A stretch of 64,000 nt of DNA, from assembly GCA_051453625.1 (NCBI GenBank), contig JBOZIK010000001.1, positions 19,061,681 to 19,125,680 of the forward strand. Direction: 5' to 3'. Each line of letters starts with the position of its first letter. Position 1 is the stretch's first letter. Positions 1-11,543 of this stretch are shown in pieces. Source of the stretch: Welwitschia mirabilis (taxonomy: Eukaryota). A program made the translations under genes and the position numbers. The notes under the pieces are model-generated. The model did not search any database and was not told the DNA's origin. It saw nothing but the letters and a program-made list of their open reading frames with translations.

Positions 1-235
1 TATTTTTCTCCTCCTTTTGTTCTTATCCTCATCCCATTTTGTATGTCTTGATAAGGCAGGTTGAAAATTAGTTTTAATCTGATTTGGATGCCATATGTTT
101 CTCCTCCTTTTGTCCTTATCCTCATCCCATTTTGTATGTCTTGATAGGGCAAGTTTAAAATCAGTTTTGATTTGATTTGAATACCATATTTTTCTCCTTT
201 TTTTGTACTTGTCCTTATTCCATTTTATATGCCCA
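1..235. repeat. 93-bp tandem repeat, ~2.5 copies, truncated by the window start
   Basis: TATKTTTCTCCT recurs at 1, 94 and 187, and the intervening sequence is highly similar. Confidence 0.85.
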
Positions 236-2397
236 AATGTTATCAATTTCTATTTAGAAAAGNNNNNNNNNNNNNNNNNNNNNNNNNNNNNNNNNNNNNN
301 NNNNNNNNNNNNNNNNNNNNNNNNNNNNNNNNNNNNNNNNNNNNNNNNNNNNNNNNNNNNNNNNNNNNNNNNNNNNNNNNNNNNNNNNNNNNNNNNNNNN
401 NNNNNNNNNNNNNNNNNNNNNNNNNNNNNNNNNNNNNNNNNNNNNNNNNNNNNNNNNNNNNNNNNNNNNNNNNNNNNNNNNNNNNNNNNNNNNNNNNNNN
501 NNNNNNNNNNNNNNNNNNNNNNNNNNNNNNNNNNNNNNNNNNNNNNNNNNNNNNNNNNNNNNNNNNNNNNNNNNNNNNNNNNNNNNNNNNNNNNNNNNNN
601 NNNNNNNNNNNNNNNNNNNNNNNNNNNNNNNNNNNNNNNNNNNNNNNNNNNNNNNNNNNNNNNNNNNNNNNNNNNNNNNNNNNNNNNNNNNNNNNNNNNN
701 NNNNNNNNNNNNNNNNNNNNNNNNNNNNNNNNNNNNNNNNNNNNNNNNNNNNNNNNNNNNNNNNNNNNNNNNNNNNNNNNNNNNNNNNNNNNNNNNNNNN
801 NNNNNNNNNNNNNNNNNNNNNNNNNNNNNNNNNNNNNNNNNNNNNNNNNNNNNNNNNNNNNNNNNNNNNNNNNNNNNNNNNNNNNNNNNNNNNNNNNNNN
901 NNNNNNNNNNNNNNNNNNNNNNNNNNNNNNNNNNNNNNNNNNNNNNNNNNNNNNNNNNNNNNNNNNNNNNNNNNNNNNNNNNNNNNNNNNNNNNNNNNNN
1001 NNNNNNNNNNNNNNNNNNNNNNNNNNNNNNNNNNNNNNNNNNNNNNNNNNNNNNNNNNNNNNNNNNNNNNNNNNNNNNNNNNNNNNNNNNNNNNNNNNNN
1101 NNNNNNNNNNNNNNNNNNNNNNNNNNNNNNNNNNNNNNNNNNNNNNNNNNNNNNNNNNNNNNNNNNNNNNNNNNNNNNNNNNNNNNNNNNNNNNNNNNNN
1201 NNNNNNNNNNNNNNNNNNNNNNNNNNNNNNNNNNNNNNNNTAATTGGTGCCTTCATACAAGTTGAAAGGGCTTATTTAATTGACACCTTTTATGTATTTT
1301 TGAATCTGCATAATTTACTATTGAGTCATTAAAAGATCTTTGTGAAGGTTTTGGGCCTTACTACGCATTTAGATCAAAACTGTTACCTACACATATCTTA
1401 AATTATTAAATCTTTTTATCTACTATTTCCATCTCTCTACCATTTTCATTAGTTTTCATTGTTTTTATCTTATGAATGCTTTAAAATTGATTCTAAAATT
1501 CTTTTTTTATTTTTATAAATTTTATTTATTGTATATTTTTATCTCTTACATTTTTATTTTATATATTTAAGTATAAAAATTCTTTATTATAATTTTAATA
1601 GAAATTCATATTAATTTTCTGAAAAACTACTACTTTAAGGATGTACTATCCCTATAATATATAATTTTTAGAAAATATTTTTTAACTACTACAATTTCAT
1701 TTGATGTTTTGTTTTCCTATTATTTTCTAAAAATCTTATATTTGACACTCTTTCCTAATTTTTAGTTAACTTGAAATTTTTACAATTTTTAATAAAACTT
1801 GATTTTTTCAAATTTCTTATAATTTAAACAAATAATATTCTTTACTTATGAGAGAATACCTAATGTTATAGTACCTTTTAATGCATTCAAGTTTATGTAA
1901 TTACCTTTTTCAAAGTGTAGTATTTTGCAAATATTCAAAGTCAAAAAATATCATTGAATGTTATCTTTTGGATGTAACTTTTATCTTTTCTTTTCTATCT
2001 CTGTTTTCTATACATTTTATCCTTTAAAATCACTTAAGTTTTTTTATGGTTGATGTTTTTATGTATTTAAGAATTCTAAATTATTTAATTCAAAATTATT
2101 CATTCTCTTTTCTCTCACAACAGCCAAAGGGAATGTTGTACTTAAAACTTTTAATTCCATACTATTCTTGAGGATTATAGCCATCATGATTATCTAAAAC
2201 AATGATTTAGTTACATCTAGAGCCTTGTAGCATACCATGCAAGACAAAAAAAAAAAAAAATCAAATCTACAACTTTCTAAATGTAGGACAAGTGTTCCAT
2301 GAGTTGGACTGTCACCTTATGGGTATATTTTCCAAATTTTTAACTTGAAAACTAATATTTTGAAATGATTTCTACAGATTATTTTTTTAAGTTGCAT

Positions 2398-2400
<3 letters not shown>

Positions 2401-2474
<74 letters not shown>

Positions 2475-2574
2475 NNNNNNNNNNNNNNNNNNNNNNNNNN
2501 NNNNNNNNNNNNNNNNNNNNNNNNNNNNNNNNNNNNNNNNNNNNNNNNNNNNNNNNNNNNNNNNNNNNNNNNNN

Positions 2575-2611
<37 letters not shown>
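2401..2611. repeat. (CT)n microsatellite spanning an assembly gap
   Basis: Pure TC runs on both sides of an N gap. Confidence 0.95.
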
Positions 2612-2613
<2 letters not shown>

Positions 2614-3539
2614 GCATGCTAATTAATGCTAATAAGGTGATACTCCAACTGATGTGACCTTTATTCTTGATTTATAAAGTTGTAGACGTGAACCTTTGGT
2701 TATCTTGTTAGAATGTATGAGATTGAGCATCTCATACAAATGGGATCTTTTGTTATTTAGATTCCTTACATTACTCTAGCAGGATACTATGCAATATTCA
2801 ACTTTGTCATATATCATTTACTAATCTTTTTTTTTTATTTCTTCTATTTTATACGAGAAGTCTTGTACTTACTACCATTACTCCAAATATCTTCATAAAC
2901 TTACCCTCATCTATTTCATTACTCTAGCTTGTGTTAATGTCGTGGATTTGTAGAAACTTAATCCACTATTTATATCATATCTTCTCATTATGTATTTTTA
3001 TTATAGAGGTGAATATGTATCTTTTTTTAAAGGATATTTAGTACACACTATTATAGATCAACTTATTAAAACATACAACCTTGTTCTTGTAAATAATTTG
3101 TTATGGGTTCTATATTATTTTAAATTTTAGATAAGAACTCCTTGTTTTCCAACTTCCAGTTTTTATCTAATCCAATAGTGTAATGTTCAGTTTTTTTTAT
3201 TATTATGTAAAATATTGAATCTTAATCCACATATCATATGTTGTCATAAGTAGAATATGATTTTTGTAATATTTTATATTAAATAATCAAGTTTATTTAT
3301 TTCTAGATATGAAAATTACATAAAGAAGAAGGTAATGATGAGGCCTAAAGAAGGCATATATAGATTTTTTATTTAATTCTTTTTTATCTTCACTATGTTT
3401 AAGCTTTAGGTCTTACATAAAAATTATAGGAATGTTTAAGATGAACTTAGATAGTTTGCAGCTTTTCTTAAAGTAATGGTTTATTGTTTTTCTTTCTTCA
3501 TAGATTAACTATTAAGTGAAAGCCATAAGCATAAAAATA

Positions 3540-4120
3540 GCTAGTACTAAAAATTTTTATGAAAAACATTATAATGCATGGAAGCTGAAAATATAAATCT
3601 ACTACATAGGAAATAACTGAATGCAAACCTTTCTAGCAAACCCTTATCTAGTAAAATGTGGTTAAGATTAGATTAAAGGGAACTTGTAGTAGTATAAGAG
3701 TGCATACTTAATTTAATAGTGATGAATTACCAAGCAAAATATATGCTAATAGATCTATTAAAGAGGATGGACGTGTTTCCAAGCTCCTAATTCATGCAAC
3801 AAGGTTTATCTTTACAAAAAGCTACATCAAATACATATGCAAGAATATAAGAAGACGTTAAATTGCTTAATGTAATTTAGTATGATGGTAATAGACTTCG
3901 AAGTAATAGGTTACAAGATTATAGATGATAAATGGTTATTAATCTTAATGTATTCTTACTAAAAGGTTAGGATCATGTAGTATAATGATTAACACTAATA
4001 CGTCTATATTCATGGAATATAATATTGTTGCTTTTTCAGAATGGATTAATAAAGAGATAAGTGAATCATCATCTAGGATTAAATCATTGTGTGCATGTGA
4101 AGATCCTAAAATAAAAAATG
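3540..4120 (+). mobile_element. Highly degenerate Ty1/copia gag relic
   Basis: HYNAWKLKI (copia gag N-terminal NYxxWxxKM-type motif) near 3570 and MVIDFEVIGYKIIDDKW (gag/UBN2-like) near 3885; many stops. Confidence 0.45.
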
Positions 4121-7100
4121 AGTGAAAATTCATTCACCTGAAATGCAACATGAAAGAAGATTTTTAACAAAATTATCTAGTTTTTATACATCATGATTCT
4201 TCTTCCAAAAGTCTAGGTCTTTAGACTAGTTTGGTGTTTCTATTATGGAGGATTAACATATCATGATTTAATGTGTTTTTAGGTAATTATTATTATATTC
4301 TCTTTACATCATGACATGATACTAATGAATTCTATATAGTACTTTGTTTTTTACTTAGTTTTTCTTTTTTATTGTAGAAGTTTATGTGCTACTATAAAAG
4401 TTTAAAGAAATTGACTACATAGGACTTTTCTTACATAATTTTTAGGCTGCATCAAGTTTTTTTTTATTGTTTAAGGTAAGATTTCTATATGATGAAGGGT
4501 TTTAGAAGAACTTCATTTTAGTTCTTAAAATACTAATCTATAATTTAGATTAAAAATCCTAACCCCATTTAGAAATCTCATATCCTTGCATCTTGTATGG
4601 CAAAATGTTCATTGTTATAATTGATAATAGAGCTCCTTCTTCTCCTATGAATATTTCCCTCTCTCTTTAAGTGTTTTTCCATGTAAATATTTACACCTTA
4701 GCTCTTATTATCTTTTACTTTTATTATTTTTATTAATTTTACAGGTAAACTTTAATTTTTCATAATAGTTTCTTTTTTTATCATTATTAATTTTAAATGA
4801 AATCTCAAATCTTACAAGATGGTTACCTCTCTAAAGATCTATTATAATTGTGATTTGTTCACTAAAATTAATGGGTAAGCTTAGTAATTGATAAAATTTC
4901 TACACCTAAAATAATGAATTTATAGTCGACAATTATGGATAATAGAAGCACTCATTCATATTAGAGTGACATCCAATTGATACATTATTTGGTGCATCAA
5001 TATTTTAATGCATGGGCATAGTGGGGAATAATGCATGAGTGTAATGGGAATACCTTTTTAAGTTGTATAGCATTAATACCCTTTTTAGTTATCACTTAAG
5101 TCCTCCCTTTAAGGCCCTCTTAGGAGTTTTAACTTTGAGTGATTAGTGATAATATTCAAAGATCACTCCTATTTATCAAAGAAATGAGGATCCTATTATT
5201 TTACATGGAAGAATAGATCTTCTTTCTTTGGCATTTCATTTAATTAGGAGAAGAGTAGTACTAATAACAAGATTACATGCTTCTAATTCTTATATTATAC
5301 TATATATTTTTTCCTTCTCAATTAAACTTTTTAAGATTTTAATTATGAACTTTAAGTATTTTGTAAATTTTTGATATTCTCCTCTTTAAAGGATTCTTTT
5401 AAAAAAATTAGAAAGAAAAGTCTTTGCTACACCATCTTATCCTAATTATGATGTCATTGTGACATTTTACAATATGATATTGGATTTCTTCACAACTAAA
5501 ACTTTTTAGGAGTGGTATAAGTAGCTCCATTATATTAAGCATCTTAATGTTTTATATTTCTTTCTTATTTTATAATATAATTAATTTATTTTCTATAGTG
5601 AAGTTATTATTATTCTTTAAACCTTTATGTTAATAAGACTATAATAAACTTACATAAATGTAGATTAGGATTTTCTTATTTCTAGTTAGACATTTTATTT
5701 TTCTTTCTCTTTATAGACTTCCACTAAGATGGATAACATTATGGAGGGAATGGATTATGAAATGGAAGATCCCTATGATATACCCAAAAATCCTCTTAAG
5801 CATCTCCAACCTTAGCTTTTATAACCATAACATAATGTCTATAATTGTAATATTATTCTAGAACACAAGGTTCCCATGGTGGGGATCTTCAATCTTAGCT
5901 TTTAAAACCTTAACACAATGTCTGTAATTTTAATACTTGATTATGTTGGAAATTAAAAATGGAGGGCTAATTCGTAGACAACATAATAAACTAACATTAC
6001 ATATTCAACCTCCTTAGCTAAGTGTAATAATTAGAAGTAACACTCTTCGTTTCCTTTTTAATTATAAATAATAAAAATTGGTGTTCTTTCAGACCAACCT
6101 TTTCTTTAATTAGGAATTCTTGCAAAGACTACTAAGTAATCTTTAATTGATAAGACTATCCATGTCTCTCATAGGCCAATATATTATTCATATATAAAGC
6201 TTGGAATAAGGTATCTTCTTATGAATGCTTTATAACTCATTATTGTTTAATCGAGCTATGATGAAAATATCTTTTTAGCTAATAATGTAAATAAAAAATT
6301 AATATAAGTAGAAAATATAACTAGTGAAATACTTTCCTTTATTCAAAAGGTAATTTAAACTTTAGATGCCTTACTTAACATATTAGAAGGTCGTGAATTT
6401 AAAAAATTATTTTTTAGTGGGATGTTATCAGATCCTAAATAGTAATTTGAAATTAATCTTTAAAAACATCCAAAATATATAGTAACTACAAAAATAAAAG
6501 TCCTATGATAATGCCATAAAGATAACCAGGAAATACATCATAACGAAAAATATATTTTTTAAAAGTAATAAAAGAGCTTTAAGCATCCATTCTGAATTGA
6601 TCCTTGAGTGATATAAGACCACTTTTATAGTCTTTATTCTATTTATTAACTATACGCTATGGAAGGAATGGCATGGATGTTCAAATAAAAAGAATCTTAT
6701 GTGAAATAATCAAACTTTAAGAAGGCATTCATGAAACTAAGCAAGGTTTATTTAACCAATGCTCTAATAGCTAGAGGACATAATTAAACTCTTATTAAAC
6801 TTTACCACCTCAGTATGGATCTAAAAAGCAATACCTTAAAAAATATAAACCTTAGATAGTAAGTCTATAAGAGTAGAGTTAATGATTATTTGAACAATAT
6901 ATTACATTAGTGTTTTTAGATTATACAAAGAATGAAAGGTCTGAAGAACTCCAAAGAACTAAATAGTGCCTTAGAAGATTTGGTAGATCTCTAAGAACAA
7001 TATTCTTCTAGCTTAGATAAAATTCTTTAAAGGACATAAGAATCAATGTCCAAGAGTTTTTAGCCTTAAAGCAATTAATGAAGTAATACCAAAAACTATC

Positions 7101-7399
7101 TTCATTATTATATATAGGGTAACAAGTAGTTTTAAAATCTATATAGAAGAGGCTTCACTAATAACTAGAACTTAATGAAGAAAACATCACAAAAAGTGAT
7201 ATTCTTTTGATAAGAGGTAATTACTAGATGCTTTAGACTCTTATATCCATCTATTTTCTCTAAGTTTGATGTATGCCATAATTTATGATAATGATTCTTA
7301 ATGGATATGTCTTCTCATAACATGCAATAATATTTTTTCACTATACAAGAAGAACAAGAATTATCATTTTTCTATTACATTAAATTTATAAGTAGAACA

Positions 7400-8504
7400 T
7401 AATTTGATTAAACATGAATTACATTGGAAATATGAGAAACACAGTTTACAAAACCCTTTTTGATAATATTTGAGCTACCAAAGAGCTACTAAAAGGTTTT
7501 CTAGAAAATCCACTAATTATTTAAGAGAAGTCATAAAATAAAGAACACATCCTTCTTAAACTAAGAGCTACTTACTAATGTTTTAAAGAATTAATTATAG
7601 TGTCATTTAACAAAAACCATTATGAAATCACATCATACAACATGAAAGAAGGGATAGAAATTTTTTTCCAAATAATCTTCTTGGGAATCATTTTCCATGT
7701 AAATCAAAATCTCTTTAGGATAACATATCCTTGAATATTAACATCTATTAGAGAGATAAAGTAGTTATTATGATGGATACCTTTTCAACCTGATTTATCT
7801 TTTAGATAAGAAATTCTTAAATATTTAAAAACAAAGTAATACATCATCTTATGGAGTTAAAACAATTAGTTAACCATCTACCATAAAGGGAGATACCTTA
7901 CAAAAAGTATTAGAAAACTACTCAAACCTTCTTTTTCTCAATTAAGAAAGAAATCTCAATAAAACTCTCTAAAATCCTTTTCTATCACTATTAATTAATT
8001 ACCTAACTTTTCAAATATCTTATAACTTGAAATAGGAGGATCATAATAAAATAAATAGTAGACATTAGTAACAGAAAAAAACTTTACAAATTATTTTCTA
8101 AATGTTATAAGATTTTTATCTTACCATTTGTCTATTATTAAAGCTAATTTATTAATAGTAAACTCCCATGATTACTTAGAAACCCTTGAAAAGAAAAGGA
8201 AATTCTAAGGACTCTGATCATGTATTTGAATAATTTTTCTTAATTTAAAGAGAAACTATATGTAATTATTAAAAAGAGTAAATATTAAAGACTTTTTCTA
8301 GTTAATATTAGAACCAAAGCTAGAATAATAAAGACTAATCCTAAGTAGTAACTACGAAATTATATCTTGATAATTCTTAGTAAAAAAGGAGGAGTCATTT
8401 ACAAAATGTTTATTGATAAGCTACTTTGATTTTTCACCTAGATGAATACCATGAATAAAATTATCCTACTAATTCTTCCAAGTAATATGGCATTAAAAGT
8501 CTAC
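7400..8504 (-). mobile_element. L1-type LINE ORF2 relic, 3' part (RT C-terminal half)
   Basis: The minus strand gives IHGIHL, INKHFVNDSS (=QFADDS), SSFGSNIN*KKS (=ASGxxINxxKS) and RVLRISF (=RYLGIPF). It continues the LINE right of 11543 once the insertion is removed. Left boundary approximate. Confidence 0.75.
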
Positions 8505-8800
8505 TGTTACGTGTGCAATTCCCATGCCTAGCCCGACAAGTGAGTAAATGTAAAGGGTTCTAGTTTATCAGATTCCACTAAAAGTCATGGATTTTGATGT
8601 GATGGTGAAGGGCCCAACAATTAGTATTAGAGCCATGGATGTTGGCAAGTCTCGAGTTTGAGTCTCACCGGTGGCTTCCCAGTCTATGTAAGCACTTGAC
8701 ATGTGGATTGAGAGGGATATTATTAGGTGTGTGGTTCCCATGCCCAACCTGACAAATGAGTAAATGTAAAGGGTTACCACTAGATTTGTTAAAGTTCATG
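8505..8800 (+). mobile_element. TRIM unit: 116-bp LTR, decayed Met-tRNA PBS, ~100-bp internal region, PPT, partial second LTR
   Basis: LTR 8505-8620 (TGTT...AACA); PBS-like TAGTATTAGAGCC (=TGGTATCAGAGCC) just after it; PPT GAGAGGGA near 8710; LTR copy from 8721 matching to ~8775-8800. Confidence 0.8.
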
Positions 8801-8862
8801 GAAAAATAGAAAGATTACATGAGTTTTAGTGGTGCACCTAGATCAATCTCTAAGTGGGAGAT

Positions 8863-9194
8863 TATTGGAGTGTATGACAACTGATTCAGTTTAGCCTTTT
8901 AATGCACTATGTAGATGAGTCAGAGCAGGGTGTGGGGGTGGAGTCCCTCAAGCTTTTGGTGGGACATTCAGGCCATGGACTTGTGTTACCCTAATTTTGT
9001 AATATATATCTTATGTTGAAAAATATCTTATATTATAACCTTCAAAGGTTATAACCTTTAAATATTTTAACCTTTAAAGATTAATATAAAAACATAGTAC
9101 AACCATGAATGAATTGTAATTTACTAGACCACGTAAATCTTGTATGACCTGTGTGCTTTGATTTTCTCTTTTGCATTTGATTCGTTTCCTAACA
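8863..9194 (+). mobile_element. Copia LTR with a PPT upstream and a PBS downstream
   Basis: PPT AAGTGGGAGAT (8852-8862), then TATTGG... to ...CCTAACA (9194), then a perfect PBS TGGTATCAGAGC (9197-9208). Confidence 0.8.
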
Positions 9195-9238
9195 ACTGGT
9201 ATCAGAGCGATCAGGTTGGCAGAGGACAAGTGGAAGTG

Positions 9239-11294
9239 ATGACTTCAAAAGATGGAAAAGTTAAGATCGACAAGTTCGATGGAACAGACTTCAGTTTTTA
9301 GAAGATGTAGGTTAAGAACTATCTATACCAGAAGAAGTTGCATCAACCGTTGTTGGGGAAAAAACCAAAAAAAATGAGAATAAAGATTGGATTTTGTTAG
9401 ATCGCTAGGCACTTGAGGTAATCCAATTGATGTTGTTGTGGAATGTTACATTTAACATCATCAATGAGAAGACTACTTAGGGTCTGATGAATACCTTATC
9501 AGATATGTACGAGAATCCTTTAGTCCTAAACAAAGCATATCTGATACGTTAATTGTTTAATCTGAGGATGTCTGAAGGTGCATCATCAATGAATTAAACG
9601 AAATCATAAATCGGTTGAGTTCAGTGAAGATTATATTTAAGGATGAAATTAGAGCATTGATCTTATTATAATCACTGCCTAAAAGTTGTTCTATGCCTGT
9701 GATCGTAATAAGCAGTTCGTTGAGGAATCAGATGTTAAAGCTATCAAAAGTTTGCCACTTGATTCTCAATGAGGATATTCGTAGAAGGGAATCAGATGAA
9801 TCTTCGGGTTCTGGCTTGAGTAGTAAAGGCAAAGGTAGAAGTTCTCAACGAGGTCATAATTGGGGCTGTGATAGGTAAAAATTTAAGACAAGAAGTCAGT
9901 CTAAGCATCACAAGGAAATAAATTATTGGAATTATGATAAAAAGACCATTTCAGAAATCAGTGCAAAGAGAAGAAAAAGAAAAAGGATTAGTAGGATGAT
10001 TTGGTGAATGCAGCTTCGACAAAATTGCAGATGCTTTAATTTATTACATGGATAGTAGTATTGAGTCATGGATTCTCGATTCAGGTGCATCATTTCACTC
10101 TACTCCTTGAAAAGAGTTATTTCATAACTATGTTGTTGGTATGTTCAGAAAGGTATATATTGCAGATGATAAACCTTTGAACATTATGAGAAAGAATGAT
10201 GTATACATAAAAGCCACCCACAAAAAGAAATTGAAGTTGCAGAATGTCAAACATATTTTAATCTTGAAGAAGAACCTTATTTCCATGGGTCAGATTGATG
10301 CAAAAAGGTACAATATAGCATTTGAAAGTAGATCATGAAAGAGCATTAAAGGAAATTTGGTAGTATCTCAAGGAAATAAAATTAGAACTTTCTACATGAC
10401 TATAGAAGTAAAGGATTCAGTCTCAGTGGTTAATTCTGATTTGAAGTCAACATTGTGGCATCGAAGGTTAGGCCACATGAGTGAAAAGGAAATGAAGTTA
10501 CTCGCTTCAAAGGGGGAAATACCACATTTACAGTCAGTTGGTTTGTGTGAAGATTTTGTATATGGAAAACAAAAAAGAGTGAGATTCTTAAAAGCCAGAG
10601 AACATCAAAGACTGAAAAGTTGGAATTGATGCATATAGATGTATGGGGACCAGCCCTAGTAAATTCCCTTAGAGGGTCACATTATCATGTCACATTCATT
10701 GATGACTCCACTCGAAAGGTATGGGTTTATTTTCTTAAAAATAAATTTGATGTGCTTTCTATATTTAAAAGATGAAAAGGCGGAAGTGGAGAACCAAACA
10801 GATTTGAAAGTGCAATATTTAAAGTCAAACAATGGAGGGGAGTATGATAACTTAGAGTTTAGGGCTTTCTATTCTAAGAACGGGATCAGAATGATCAAGA
10901 CAGTTCCTGGAACACCAAAATAGAATGGTGTAGCAGAGAGGATGAATAGGACCCTAAACGAATGAGCCAAAAGCATAATAATATGTTATAGACTACCAAA
11001 AATGTTTTGGGCAGATGCAGTTAGCACAGTAGCCTATCTCATAAATAGAGGACCTTTAATTCCGCTTGGTTTTAAGATACCTAAGAAGGAATGGTCAAGT
11101 AAAAAGGTAAATTTCTCACACTTAAAGGTTTTTAATTGTGTTTCATATGTGCATTTAGGTTCTGATATTTGAGATAAACTTGATCCTAAGGCTAAAAAGT
11201 GCTATTTTATTGGTTATGGTTCTGATGATTTTGGTTATCGCTTTTGTGATGATGAAAATAAGAAAATTTTAAGGCACAAGAATGTTATATTTAA
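9239..11294 (+). pseudogene. Ty1/copia (Tork/Tnt1-like) gag-protease-integrase, disrupted; RT/RNase H not visible
   Basis: MTSKDGKVKIDKFDGTDFSF*KM, decayed CCHC near 9925, WILDSGASFH protease, LWHRRLGHMSEK, LELMHIDVWGP, FIDDSTRKVWVYFLK, NNGGEY, NGVAERMNRTL, KLDPKAKKCYFIGY. Confidence 0.95.
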
Positions 11295-11543
11295 NNNNNN
11301 NNNNNNNNNNNNNNNNNNNNNNNNNNNNNNNNNNNNNNNNNNNNNNNNNNNNNNNNNNNNNNNNNNNNNNNNNNNNNNNNNNNNNNNNNNNNNNNNNNNN
11401 NNNNNNNNNNNNNNNNNNNNNNNNNNNNNNNNNNNNNNNNNNNNNNNNNNNNNNNNNAGTGAGTAAATGTAAAGGCTTCCAGTTTACTAGATTCCACTAA
11501 AAGTCATGGCTTTTGGTGTGATGTTGAAGGGCCCAACATCTAC

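Larger units (their letters stand above)
8505..11538 (+). mobile_element. Composite LTR insertion bounded by TRIM-type short LTRs, 5-bp TSD TCTAC
   Basis: TCTAC(8500-8504)|TGTTA... and ...GGGCCCAACA|TCTAC(11539-11543). The LTR 3' half at 8540-8620 recurs at 11458-11538. Confidence 0.85.

Noticed and set aside
203-1332. Long ORFs of X residues (also at 11282, 35775, 37347, 45511, 58150, 60813)
   Set aside because: Artefacts of translating through N gaps
2365-2622. LS/RE dipeptide ORFs
   Set aside because: Translation of the (CT)n microsatellite
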